DNA of 64,000 nucleotides. Origin: Candidatus Multivoradales bacterium (GTDB lineage Bacteria > Acidobacteriota > Thermoanaerobaculia > Multivoradales > JAHEKO01). Positions 30,185-40,011 of the stretch are shown here, piece by piece (position 1 is the stretch's first letter; every line of letters begins with the position of its first letter). Position numbers and translations under genes: made by a program. The stretch is from contig CBDCVR010000015.1 of assembly GCA_965223155.1 (NCBI GenBank), positions 128,001 through 192,000 of the forward strand. Direction: 5' to 3'. The notes below the pieces were generated by a model. It worked only from the letters and a program-made list of their open reading frames with translations. It had not been told where the DNA came from and did no database searches.

Positions 30185-32605
30185 CTACGGCACGCGCAAG
30201 ACGAGCACCGTCAGGTCGTCCTCACGAGGTCCCGAACCGGTGAATTCCTCGAGATCGGCCAGCACACCCCGGCGCAGCTCCCGCACCGACCCACCGGCAT
30301 GGCGGCGCAAGCTGCGCTCCAACCGGTCGAAGCCGAAGAGCTCGTCCGAGCCCGGAACCCGGGCTTCGACTACGCCGTCGCTGAACAAGAATAGGTAGTC
30401 GCCCGCGCCGAGGCGGGTAGAGCGCACGCGGACGTCCAGCTCGCCGCGCACCCCCAACGGATAGGACACCGATTCCAGGGATTCAACGTCGCCCCGGGAC
30501 GAGATCCGGTACGGGAAGAGGTGTCCGGCGCTGGCATAGAACATCTCCCGCCGCTCCGGGTCCAGCACCGCGTAGCAAAGGGTCGCGAGCAGCCGCTTGC
30601 GGGCGCTCTGATAGACCATCCGGTTCAGGGTGTTGAAGACGGCCGCGACCTCCGGGTTGAAGGTCACCTGAACGGCGAGAGCGGACTTTGCCATGGACAT
30701 GACCAGACCACTCGAAACGCCGTGGCCGGCGACGTCGCCAACCGCAACCGCAAGCCGGCCGTCCTCGAGAGCCAGGACGTCGTAGAAATCGCCGCCCACC
30801 TCGCTCGCCGGCAGGTAGCTGTGAGTCATCTCCACGCCGTTTAACTGCGGCGGCAGTTCGGGCAGGATCGAGGTCTGGATCCTGCGCGCGGTCTCCAGCT
30901 CGACCTTCTGCCGCTCGCGGTCGGCAATCCTGCGCACGTGCGGAGGGACGTCCTCGTAGCGGTAGACGAACTCCTTGCCCGCCCACAGGTTCTTGGCGCT
31001 GACCAGGAACGGGGCGGCCACGACCACGATCGCCAGCATGGCCTGGAGCTGCATCGCCGCGTCCTCGACCGTAAGGAAGGGCAGCGCGCCCAGGACCACG
31101 GTGACGGTCACGTTGGCCAGAATCGTCGTCAGCAAGCCGTAGCGCACGAAGAGCACGACCAGTGCCAGCGGCAGAAACAGCCAGAAGACCGGGCTCCAGC
31201 TCGTCGGGAAGACCACCAGCGGAGGGAAGAACAGGATCGCTCCGGCAAAGACGGCGATCGCGCCCGCAATCCAGGTGCCCAGCTTGCGCTCGAAGTACGA
31301 AACGATGAAAAGCCGCCCGAAGAGACCGTTGTAGAGCGCGATCACCAGGCTCAGAGCCACCAGCGGCACCGAGAACCAAGCGGCGCCGTCCCACCAGGGG
31401 CCGAACAGAAGCGAGGTCGAGGCCCAGACGTCGAAGGTCCGGATCCAGGCTGCCAGCGCGAGCAGAGCCGCGGCCACGGCCAGGCCCCCGGCAAATCCCC
31501 GCAGGGTCGCGCGCGCGAAGGTCGAGTTGGCCCACTGGCCCTTGAAGAGGGCGTCGAACGCGGCCAGGCGGGTCGCGTGCCGCTCCCGGGTCTGGGCCTC
31601 GCCCACCGACCAGCTCACGAACGCCGTCAAGCAGGTCGGGAAGAAGAACAGGACCAGAAGCTGAAACGCCACGACATAGGTAATCTGGGGCCGGGTCAGA
31701 ACGCCGATGGTCCAGCCCGCCGCCGCCCCCCTGCCGCAGAACAGCAACACGATGACGCCGCATGCCACTCCCAGGTACATGATCTGGAGGCCGCGCCGGA
31801 TCCCGATCTCGCCCTCGTGGTAGCGGCGCACGAACGGAATCATGACCAGCGGAACCAGTAGCACGGGCAGGAAGATCCAGCCTTGCTGGAGAACGGTGAG
31901 CGACTGCAACGTACGCTGGTAAGCGGTCCGGCCCGGGTCGTCGTAGTAGCGGGAGTAGCCGGTCAGCTGGTCGCCGGCAAAGGTGACTTCAACGCCGTGC
32001 GCGACCTCGTCGCCCAGAATGTCGTCGTGATCGCGGTAGCGCAGGGCGAGATCGGTGCGGCTCTCGAGCTGCCGGCTACGAACCTCGGGAGCCTCGAAGG
32101 CGGCCAGGTTGAACCCTTGCTTACGCAGAAAGAGATCCGCCCGCCGCTGCGCTTCCCTCGACTCAAGATCGGGACGCTCCTCCTCCGGAGCCAGCCGCAT
32201 CCTGAGCTGCGAGATGGAGCCATCTCCCGCGACCCGGACCCGGTACGTCCAATCGAGCGCCGCTGAGTCCCGCCGGTAGACGGTCACCTCCCAGACCATA
32301 ATCTCGCGGCCGGGCGCGCTTGTTCGCAGCCGGGCGGCGTCGACGCTCTCAAGCGTCGCCTGGAGCCGCGGCTCGAGGATCGGGCTGGTGTCCAGGCGAG
32401 TGACCACGTAGGGCACCGCCGGCAAGTCTGCCAGATCGGCTACCTTGTCGAGGGCGATGGCGGTCGCCTCTTCCTTGGAGATCTGCCAGTCGCCCGGGAA
32501 CAGAGGATAGGCCCGCGGGAACGCCCAGAACAAGACCAGCGCGGCCAGCACCGCCGTGCCGACCCAGGCCAGATCTCGCAGGCGACGCTGTCTCTCGATT
32601 GTCAT
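30185..32605 (-). CDS. membrane-bound PP2C/SpoIIE-type Ser/Thr phosphatase
   Basis: N-terminal TM, extracytoplasmic region and many TM helices, then ELETARRIQ, VGGDFYD, GDVAGHG, SDGVVE and DDLT. Start is the ATG at 32605. Confidence 0.9.
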   Translation of the reverse strand: MTIERQRRLRDLAWVGTAVLAALVLFWAFPRAYPLFPGDWQISKEEATAIALDKVADLADLPAVPYVVTRLDTSPILEPRLQATLESVDAARLRTSAPGREIMVWEVTVYRRDSAALDWTYRVRVAGDGSISQLRMRLAPEEERPDLESREAQRRADLFLRKQGFNLAAFEAPEVRSRQLESRTDLALRYRDHDDILGDEVAHGVEVTFAGDQLTGYSRYYDDPGRTAYQRTLQSLTVLQQGWIFLPVLLVPLVMIPFVRRYHEGEIGIRRGLQIMYLGVACGVIVLLFCGRGAAAGWTIGVLTRPQITYVVAFQLLVLFFFPTCLTAFVSWSVGEAQTRERHATRLAAFDALFKGQWANSTFARATLRGFAGGLAVAAALLALAAWIRTFDVWASTSLLFGPWWDGAAWFSVPLVALSLVIALYNGLFGRLFIVSYFERKLGTWIAGAIAVFAGAILFFPPLVVFPTSWSPVFWLFLPLALVVLFVRYGLLTTILANVTVTVVLGALPFLTVEDAAMQLQAMLAIVVVAAPFLVSAKNLWAGKEFVYRYEDVPPHVRRIADRERQKVELETARRIQTSILPELPPQLNGVEMTHSYLPASEVGGDFYDVLALEDGRLAVAVGDVAGHGVSSGLVMSMAKSALAVQVTFNPEVAAVFNTLNRMVYQSARKRLLATLCYAVLDPERREMFYASAGHLFPYRISSRGDVESLESVSYPLGVRGELDVRVRSTRLGAGDYLFLFSDGVVEARVPGSDELFGFDRLERSLRRHAGGSVRELRRGVLADLEEFTGSGPREDDLTVLVLRVP

Positions 32606-32704
32606 GGCAGACGTTTGGCGGTGAGCCGCGGCTCTCCTATCGGTCGATACGCGCGCCTCCGGGCAAGGTTGCAGGCCCAATCTCCGCCACGTCCGGCGTC
32701 TCCG

Positions 32705-33952
32705 TCAGAACGCTTCGACGATGGCGGCGGCGAACTCGGAGGTCTTGACCTGGGTCGCTCCCCGCATCTGACGGGCCAGATCGTAGGTGACGCGCTTCTC
32801 GGAGATGGCCGCCGCGACGCCCTTCTCGACCAGGTCCGCGGCTTCGTGCCAGGCCAGCCAGCGCAGCAGCATCACGCCGGAGAGAATCAGCGACCCGGGA
32901 TTCACCTTGTCTTGATCAGCATACTTGGGCGCGGTGCCGTGGGTCGCTTCGAACAGCGCCAGGCCGTCCCCTTCGTTGCTGCCGGGCGCCATGCCCAGAC
33001 CGCCGACTTGCGCCGCCAATGCGTCCGACAGGTAGTCGCCGTTGAGATTCGTAGTGGCGATGATCTGGTACTCGGCCGGCCGTAGCAACACCTGCTGGAA
33101 CATCGCGTCGGCGATACGGTCCTTGATCAGGATCTTGCCCTCGGGCAGCTTGCCATCCAACTCGTCCCAGAGCTCCGCCTCGGACACCGTTTCCTCGGCG
33201 AACTCCTCGCGGGCCACCTCGTAGCCCCAGTCCCGAAAGGCGCCTTCCGTGTACTTCATGATGTTGCCCTTGTGCATCAGCGTGACGTCGGTTCTGCCCT
33301 GGGCGACCGCGTGGTCGATCGCCTTGCGAACCAAGCGCTTGCTGCCGCTTTCGGACACCGGCTTGACGCCGATTCCGGAATCTAGCCGCACCCGCTTGCC
33401 CAGCTCGGCCTGCAGGAACTTGATGAGCTTCTCGGCGCCGCTCGATCCCTCCTCCCACTCGATGCCGGCGTAAACGTCCTCGGTGTTCTCGCGAAAGATC
33501 ACCATGTTGACCTTCTTGGCGTCCCGGACGGGCGAGGGAACTCCCTTGATGTGGCGGACCGGACGCACGCAGGCGTAGAGATCCAGCACCTGGCGCAGAG
33601 TGACGTTGAGGCTTCGGAAGCCGCCGCCGACCGGTGTCGTGAGCGGGCCCTTGATCGCCGCCCGAAACTGCTTGATCGCATCGAACGTTTCTTGCGGGAG
33701 CCATTCGTCGAACTTGGCCTTGGCCTTCTCGCCAGCGAAGACCTCGAACCAGGCCACCGAGCGCGAACCGCCGTAGGCTTCCTCCACGGCGGCGTCCAGA
33801 ACCATCCGGGTCGCTCGCCAGATGTCGGGCCCGATGCCGTCACCTTCGATGAACGGAATGATGGGCCGGTCCGGAATCTCGAGCTGACTGTCGCGGAAGG
33901 TGATCTCGCCACCGTCCGCGGGTGGAGTGAGTCGGCCGATCCTGTTGCTCAA
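32705..33952 (-). CDS. icd: NADP-dependent isocitrate dehydrogenase
   Basis: [45 protein letters not shown] and HGTAPKY motifs. Confidence 0.95.
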   Translation of the reverse strand: MSNRIGRLTPPADGGEITFRDSQLEIPDRPIIPFIEGDGIGPDIWRATRMVLDAAVEEAYGGSRSVAWFEVFAGEKAKAKFDEWLPQETFDAIKQFRAAIKGPLTTPVGGGFRSLNVTLRQVLDLYACVRPVRHIKGVPSPVRDAKKVNMVIFRENTEDVYAGIEWEEGSSGAEKLIKFLQAELGKRVRLDSGIGVKPVSESGSKRLVRKAIDHAVAQGRTDVTLMHKGNIMKYTEGAFRDWGYEVAREEFAEETVSEAELWDELDGKLPEGKILIKDRIADAMFQQVLLRPAEYQIIATTNLNGDYLSDALAAQVGGLGMAPGSNEGDGLALFEATHGTAPKYADQDKVNPGSLILSGVMLLRWLAWHEAADLVEKGVAAAISEKRVTYDLARQMRGATQVKTSEFAAAIVEAF

Positions 33953-34089
33953 CTGAACGATCCTCCTGCCGGCCCGCCGCGAGCCGAATCGATGGAATCA
34001 CCGGAGCTGAATCCCACCTCGGACCCCGGCGAAAAGGGCCATGAACGTATCACAGGCTTCGGGTGCTCCAGAGCGTCCGTGGCGGCCTC

Positions 34090-34104
34090 TGGCACGGCAT
34101 TCGC
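34090..34104 (+). promoter_or_regulatory. candidate sigma-54 (-24/-12) promoter upstream of cdd
   Basis: TGGCACG-GCAT-TCGC against consensus TGGCACG-N4-TTGC, with one mismatch and correct GG/GC spacing. Confidence 0.35.
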
Positions 34105-34146
34105 GCCCGCGCCGCGACCGGCCCAACGTGGTACATTCCTCGGCCC

Positions 34147-34557
34147 ATGGTCAGCTCGGTGTCTCCGCGACAACTGATCGAGGCCGCGATCGAGGCCCGC
34201 TCGCGCGCCTACTCCCCGTATAGCTCATTTGCCGTGGGCGCCGCCGTGGCCACCGAAGACGGCACGCTCTTTACCGGCTGTAACGTCGAGAATCGCACCT
34301 TCGGGCTTACAGTGTGCGCCGAGCGGACAGCAACGCTGACCGCGGTCGCCGCCGGTCACCGGCGGATCACCGCGGTCGCAGTGGTGGCCGACGCCGATCC
34401 GCCGGCCGCCCCGTGCGGACCCTGCCGCGAGGTGCTCCACGAGTTCGGCACTCCGGATCTCGTGGTCTTCACGGTCAACGTTGCCGGAGCTGCCGAGGAG
34501 CACCGTCTAGCCGAGCTCCTGCCGCATCCGTTCGAATTCGAGCCTCCGGCCCGATAG
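34147..34557 (+). CDS. cdd: cytidine deaminase (homotetrameric type)
   Basis: AYSPYS, GCNVEN, CAER and PCGPCR zinc motifs. Confidence 0.93.
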   Translation: MVSSVSPRQLIEAAIEARSRAYSPYSSFAVGAAVATEDGTLFTGCNVENRTFGLTVCAERTATLTAVAAGHRRITAVAVVADADPPAAPCGPCREVLHEFGTPDLVVFTVNVAGAAEEHRLAELLPHPFEFEPPAR

Positions 34558-34698
34558 CGACGAGTCCGGTGGTCGCGGTTTCCGGGATCGCCGAGCTCGC
34601 GCCGTGCCGCTTCCGTCTCGCCCGGCGATCCAGAAGAGGCGGCCGCGAAGACGGAACCACCCGAAGCGCCAAGCGACGATTCCGAGATCTCGATCGGG

Positions 34699-35556
34699 CT
34701 AGAGCTCGACGAAGTCGGGGGTCACGTCCCGGTCGATGATGCCTTCGGCCACGCCGCGAGCCAGGAGCTCGCGCACTGCCTGCCGGCCGGCCTCTCCGTA
34801 GTCCTGGGTCCACTCATTGACGTACATCCCGACGAAGCGATCCGACCGCACCCGATCCTGCTCGATGTCCCGGGCGTAGCGGATAGCGTAGTCCAGGGCC
34901 CGCTCGCGGTGCTCGAGCGCGTAGTCGATACTCGCCCGCAGCAGCCGCGAGAGGCGCACCTGGAGGTCCTCGGGCAGGTCCGAGCGGATGGCGTTGGCGC
35001 CCAGCGGCAACGGACCGCCGGTCTCCCCGTGCCACCAGCGGCCCAGATCCTCGATGGCATGAAGACCCCGGTCTTCAAACGTTAGCTGCCCTTCGTGGAT
35101 GACCACACCCGCCCGGGCCTCACCGGACTCGACCGCTTCGAAGATGCGGTCGAAGGGCACGACCACGGTCTCGACCCGCGGGTTCCATATCCGCAGCGCC
35201 AGGTGCGCGGTGGTGAGCTGGCCCGGAATCGCCACGGTCGCGCCGTCCAGATCGGACGCAGTCAAGTCGGACGACGCCACCACGACCGGACCATAGCCGT
35301 CGCCGAAGCTGGCGCCGCAAGGCATCAGCCGGTAGCGGTCGGCGAGGTACGGATAGGCGTGAAACGAGATCGCGGTGATCTCGTACCGGCCCTCGAAGGC
35401 CGCCTGATTCAGAGTCTCGATGTCTTCCAGCTTGTGCTCGATATCGAGCCCCTCGGTATCCAGCACGTCCTGGGTCAGAGCGAAAAACATGAACGCATCG
35501 TCCGAGTCGGGACTATGCGCGATGCGGATCTTGCGAGCTTCTCCGGTTGGGGTCAC
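34699..35556 (-). CDS. mqnD: MqnD-like protein (1,4-dihydroxy-6-naphthoate synthase, futalosine menaquinone pathway)
   Basis: AHSPDSDDAFMF, DIETLN, GYGP, IHEGQLT, PLPLG and MYVNE motifs. Confidence 0.78.
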   Translation of the reverse strand: MTPTGEARKIRIAHSPDSDDAFMFFALTQDVLDTEGLDIEHKLEDIETLNQAAFEGRYEITAISFHAYPYLADRYRLMPCGASFGDGYGPVVVASSDLTASDLDGATVAIPGQLTTAHLALRIWNPRVETVVVPFDRIFEAVESGEARAGVVIHEGQLTFEDRGLHAIEDLGRWWHGETGGPLPLGANAIRSDLPEDLQVRLSRLLRASIDYALEHRERALDYAIRYARDIEQDRVRSDRFVGMYVNEWTQDYGEAGRQAVRELLARGVAEGIIDRDVTPDFVEL

Positions 35557-35586
35557 GACAGGTCTCCTCGTAGGTCGATAGGTGGT

Positions 35587-36693
35587 TCAGGGGGCGGCGT
35601 CGAGCCGGGTCGCCGGTTGAGCGCGCGCCGGGGAATCGGGCTCGACCAGCCCGACCAGGTCGATGAGCTCGACCGCAGGCTCCAGGACGCCGACCTCGAG
35701 GCCGGCGTGGCTCGCGATCGGCACCCTGTAGTGCTCCTCGAGCCCGCTCAGCTCCTCGGCGCTCAAGCAGCCGCTCTGACGCAAGATCTCGAGCACCACG
35801 CCGCCGCGGCAGGCCTCGGAACCGTCGGCGATCTTGAGCGCCACACCCAGGGCCACGGGGCCGCGAACCGCGGCCGCGTAGAACCCCTTGGCGCCTTCCT
35901 TGCCGAGCACCCGGCCGCCGGTGGCATCGATCAGATCCGTGGTGAAGCGGCCGGGGCCGGCAACGAGTCGCGGATGGGCGGCGATCGCGGCGGCGATCCG
36001 CTCCAGCCAGGCGCGGTAGTCGGGCTCGACTCCAGCCGCCGCCGGGTCGGCCAGGGCGGCGTACAGGCGCGCCGCCGCCACCACCGGCAGACGGTAGGCC
36101 GGCAATCCGCAGCCATCCACCCCGACCTCGACGTCATCGGCCTCGACGCCGGCCAAGCGCGCCAACAGCTCGAGCGATTGCCGCTGAAGCGGATGCTCGG
36201 CCTCCAGGTAGGACTCCGTGGGGTACTCCTCCAGGCTACAGGCCAAGAGCTGGCCCACATGGTTGCCGGAACAGTTGTTCGTCAGCGGCGTCGACTCCCA
36301 CTCAACGTCATCGAGAGCGGGCGCCATCGGAGCATGACAGCCGCAGGCGAGATCGCCGGGCTCGAAGCCGCCCTTGGCCAGCAATCCGGAGACGATCTCG
36401 GTGTGCTCCGGCCGGCCGGTGTGGGAAGCGCACATCACCGCGATCTCGGCGTCGGTCAGGCGGAAGCGCTCGATCCCACCTGCCGCTAGTAGGGGCAAGA
36501 GCTGGATCGGCTTGGCCGCCGAGCGCAAGAAGGCCCGCCGTCCGGAATCGCCCGCGGCCGCGACCAGGCGGCCCTCCGGAGTCACGACCGCCGCCACTCC
36601 CAGGAAGACGTTGTCTAGATGACCCCCACGGCGCGATTCGGCCAGTAAGGCCAGACCCCGAGCCGGGCCTGCGTCTCTCTCGACGGAGCCCAT
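35587..36693 (-). CDS. class 3 (Rhizobium-type, Asparaginase_II) L-asparaginase-like protein
   Basis: RSAAKP, CASHTG, NNCSGNH, DGCG, K-x-GA-x-G and KIADG motifs. Confidence 0.85.
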   Translation of the reverse strand: MGSVERDAGPARGLALLAESRRGGHLDNVFLGVAAVVTPEGRLVAAAGDSGRRAFLRSAAKPIQLLPLLAAGGIERFRLTDAEIAVMCASHTGRPEHTEIVSGLLAKGGFEPGDLACGCHAPMAPALDDVEWESTPLTNNCSGNHVGQLLACSLEEYPTESYLEAEHPLQRQSLELLARLAGVEADDVEVGVDGCGLPAYRLPVVAAARLYAALADPAAAGVEPDYRAWLERIAAAIAAHPRLVAGPGRFTTDLIDATGGRVLGKEGAKGFYAAAVRGPVALGVALKIADGSEACRGGVVLEILRQSGCLSAEELSGLEEHYRVPIASHAGLEVGVLEPAVELIDLVGLVEPDSPARAQPATRLDAAP

Positions 36694-36699
36694 AGCGCG

Positions 36700-38685
36700 C
36701 TACGCCGGAACCAGGGCGAACATCCCTGGCGTATAGGCGGTGATCCGGCCGGCAAAGGCCGACGCTGCCACGGTGAGCGGTGACGCCAGGTACAGCCTTC
36801 CGGGCCCCGAGCGGCCCTTGTAGTTGCGATTGATCGCCGACACTGTGACTTGGTCGGGACTCTCCGAGACTCCGGGACCGCAGCCGATGCAAGCGCCACA
36901 GCCTGGCTGAATGAGGCGTACGCCGGCGCGCTCGAAGATTTCGACGTAGCCCCGGTCGCGGCAGTACCGCTCGACCTCGGCCGAACCGAACTGAATCAAG
37001 AACTGGACGCCGGGGGCCACCTCGACGCCGTTGTTCACGGCTTCGCGAACGACCCGGTGGTAGAACTCCAGATCGTCGATCTTGCCGGCGGTACAGCTGC
37101 CGCCGTAGGCGATCTGGACGGGCACGTCGCCCAGGTCCTCGACCCGGGCCCCGTTGGTGGGATCCGAGGGCACGCCCCCGTCGGGGTCTCCGGGATGCGC
37201 GACCATGGGCTGGATTGTGGCCAGGTCGATCGTGTAGCGGCCGCCGCCGTACACGGCGTCAGGATGCGGCGCGACCGCCTGGGCCTCCAGCTCCTCACGG
37301 GAAACACCCGGCCTGCGCGCGAGCAGATACTCGTAGGTCTTGGCATCGGCTTCGACGATAGCGGTCCGCGCCGAGCACTCGGTGGCCATGTTGGTCAGAG
37401 TCGCGCGCTCGTCCATGGACAGCGCCGCAAGACCCGGTCCGCCGAATTCCATAACCCGCTTCAGGGTTTTCTGCGGCTTGGCGAACTCCAGCAGAATGTA
37501 GAGCATCAAGTCCTTGGCGGTCACGGTGTCGGCTAGCTCGCCCACCAGATCGAAGCGAATCGTCTCGGGAACCTCGACCGTGGTGAGACCGGCGTGGACG
37601 AGATTCGCGTACTCGGTGGCGCCAACGCCCCAGGCCAGGGCGTTGTTGCAGCCGCCCATGCAGGTATGGCTGTCCGTGGCTTGCACGAACTGACCTGGCG
37701 AGATCAGTTGGTCGCGGGCGACCTCATGGCAGATCCCCGGAGACACACCGTCGCGAGCCGAGTAATCGCGGACTCCGGCCTGCTCCTGGAAGACGCGTTG
37801 CATCTCGCGAAGAACGTCGATCTTGGCCACGAACGGCCTCATCTTGGGCACCTCGTCGGCATAGATCAGGTGGTCTTCGAAAACGGCGAAGTGCTCGGGA
37901 TTGCGAATCTCGTAGCCCGGGCCGAACTCCTCCTCCAGAAAATAATGGACCTGGGCGGTGGTGAACTCGTGGGAGTAGCCGCGGTCGACCGACACCACTA
38001 GGGCGTCGCCGGGCTTGACGTACGGCGTCGGAGTCACGGCGTGGCGGGCCAGAATGGTTTCGGCCATGGTCATGGGCCGGGGCTCGGTCGCAACCTCGGG
38101 CAGCTCGATCTCGCCAGCGGCTAGCGCCCGCGAGAACGCGAAGAGGCCGCCCGAGCGCACCTTGAGCTGGGTAATCGGATCGTAGCGGGAGTAGAAGGTC
38201 TCGAGCGGAATCTCCTCGCCCGCCTCGAGCCGCTCGAGCACCGCGTGGTCCGTCATGAGCACGCCCTGATTGATGTTGTTGGCGGCGTGAATCGGAGCGA
38301 ACGACGCCGCCACCGCGATCCGGATGCCGGACCACTTCTCCGCCTGAACCGCGGTCTCACGGGAGCTGCCGACGCCCTTGCGCAGCCCCGAGACGATCAC
38401 CTCGAAGTTGCCGTCGCGCAAGGCGTCGCGAGGAAAGACCCGTTCGCCGTCGACGATGAGCCCGGCGTAGGCGTCCCGGGCGAGATCCTCCGGCCGATGC
38501 GAGAAGCACACCCAAGCCGGCGTCATGACGTCGGTGTTGATGTCGTCCAGAAGGTCCTCCACCCTCAGGTGGGCCATGCGCAAGTCCAACTCGCCCGCCA
38601 ACTGGCGGCGGATCAGCTCGGCGTCCTTGGTCAGGTAGAGGACGCGCTTGCCCGGGGTCAAACGTATGGGTTCGGCAGGATTCAT
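36700..38685 (-). CDS. aconitase-family hydratase with N-terminal swivel (LeuD-like) domain fused to LeuC-like domain
   Basis: DDINTD and GVGSSRETA swivel motifs at the N-terminus, followed by DSHT, GGSCTAG, PGCGACIG and NRNYKGR. Start is the ATG at 38685. Confidence 0.88.
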   Translation of the reverse strand: MNPAEPIRLTPGKRVLYLTKDAELIRRQLAGELDLRMAHLRVEDLLDDINTDVMTPAWVCFSHRPEDLARDAYAGLIVDGERVFPRDALRDGNFEVIVSGLRKGVGSSRETAVQAEKWSGIRIAVAASFAPIHAANNINQGVLMTDHAVLERLEAGEEIPLETFYSRYDPITQLKVRSGGLFAFSRALAAGEIELPEVATEPRPMTMAETILARHAVTPTPYVKPGDALVVSVDRGYSHEFTTAQVHYFLEEEFGPGYEIRNPEHFAVFEDHLIYADEVPKMRPFVAKIDVLREMQRVFQEQAGVRDYSARDGVSPGICHEVARDQLISPGQFVQATDSHTCMGGCNNALAWGVGATEYANLVHAGLTTVEVPETIRFDLVGELADTVTAKDLMLYILLEFAKPQKTLKRVMEFGGPGLAALSMDERATLTNMATECSARTAIVEADAKTYEYLLARRPGVSREELEAQAVAPHPDAVYGGGRYTIDLATIQPMVAHPGDPDGGVPSDPTNGARVEDLGDVPVQIAYGGSCTAGKIDDLEFYHRVVREAVNNGVEVAPGVQFLIQFGSAEVERYCRDRGYVEIFERAGVRLIQPGCGACIGCGPGVSESPDQVTVSAINRNYKGRSGPGRLYLASPLTVAASAFAGRITAYTPGMFALVPA

Positions 38686-38853
38686 CGACAGGCGGGAGGC
38701 TTCGCGCCCGGCGAAGCGGACGCCGAGTCTATCGCGTTCCAGCCCCGCGCTCACCGACGTGCCGCCGAGATTCGAGGGGCACGGCGCTCTCGAAACCGGC
38801 CCGGATTCGGCGCGGCGCTTGCCCTGGCTCCCCAGGCCCCGTAGGTTACGGCC

Positions 38854-40011
38854 ATGAGGGCCGCGCAACAGGACGATGTCGAAGCGCTCTTGGGCCGGCT
38901 GGTCGCCGTGGACTCGACCAGCTCGCGCTCCAACCGTGCTCTTGTCGACAGGATCTGCGAGCGGCTCGATGGACCCGGCGTGACGCTCGAGCGGCTGGAA
39001 GACGACGGCAAGATCGAGCTGGTCGCCCGCGCCGGTCCACCGCCGCTCGCGGCCGAACGAGCCGGCTTGGTGCTCTCAGGGCATACCGACACTGTGCCGG
39101 CCGGCGAGCCCGGCTGGCGCTCGGACCCCTTTGCGCTCGCCGACGGCGGCGACCGCTGGTTCGGGCGCGGCACCTGCGACATGAAGGGATTTCTGGCGCT
39201 GGCGATCGAAACCTTCGGCCGGTTCGCCCAGGCCGACCTGACCGCGCCGCTGGTCCTGCTTCTGACCTCGGACGAGGAAGTCGGGTCGTTGGGCGCCCAG
39301 CGCCTGGCCCGCCGGCTAGATCCGCAGGAACTACCCCGAGCTTGCGTCATCGGCGAACCGACGTCCCTCGCCCTCGTTCACCGACACAAGGGGCACCTTC
39401 GCCTCCGGCTCGACCTGGGCGGCATCGCGGCGCATAGCGGCTTTCCCCACCGGGGCGCCAGCGCCATCGAGGCCGCCGGTCCGGCCCTTGCCGCGCTGAG
39501 CGAGCTCCAGGCCGCTTGGCGGGACGATCGCTCACGGCGCGACCAAGATCTGGAGGTACCCTGGCTGACGCTCAACGTGGGCACGATTCGGGGCGGCCGG
39601 GCGGTCAACATCGTCGCCGACGAGTGCGTCCTGGAAATCGGCGTGCGACCGCTGCCGGGAGTGGCCTCGGCGGCCCTGGTCGAGGAGATACGAACCGTCC
39701 TTGCCGACTCCCTGGACGAGCTCCCCGACATCCGCTGGAGCCTCGAGATCGAGAACGACAGTCCGTCGATGCTGACGCCGGCGACGGCGCGCTTGCCCAG
39801 CGAGCTGGCCGAGCTTCTCGGCGTTGCGCCCACGGGCACGTCCTTCGCCAGCGATGGAGGCGCTTTCCAGGAGCTCGGCCTCGAATCCGTGCTCTGGGGC
39901 CCGGGCTCGATCGAGGTCGCCCACAAACCCAACGAGTATCTGCCCAAGGACGAGCTCTACCGTGCCGGCGCCGTCCTCGACGAGCTGGTGCGGAGGTTCT
40001 GCGCCTCATGA
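38854..40011 (+). CDS. M20 family deacylase (acetylornithine deacetylase ArgE-like)
   Basis: SGHTDTVP, GRGTCDMKG, DEEVG, IGEPT and AHKPNE motifs. Confidence 0.9.
   Translation: MRAAQQDDVEALLGRLVAVDSTSSRSNRALVDRICERLDGPGVTLERLEDDGKIELVARAGPPPLAAERAGLVLSGHTDTVPAGEPGWRSDPFALADGGDRWFGRGTCDMKGFLALAIETFGRFAQADLTAPLVLLLTSDEEVGSLGAQRLARRLDPQELPRACVIGEPTSLALVHRHKGHLRLRLDLGGIAAHSGFPHRGASAIEAAGPALAALSELQAAWRDDRSRRDQDLEVPWLTLNVGTIRGGRAVNIVADECVLEIGVRPLPGVASAALVEEIRTVLADSLDELPDIRWSLEIENDSPSMLTPATARLPSELAELLGVAPTGTSFASDGGAFQELGLESVLWGPGSIEVAHKPNEYLPKDELYRAGAVLDELVRRFCAS

Noticed and set aside
34568-34661. Alternative 8-9 bp stems between cdd and mqnD as a riboswitch
   Set aside because: Lies at the 3' ends of convergent genes, not in a leader. 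Such stems are expected by chance at this GC content, and at most form a terminator
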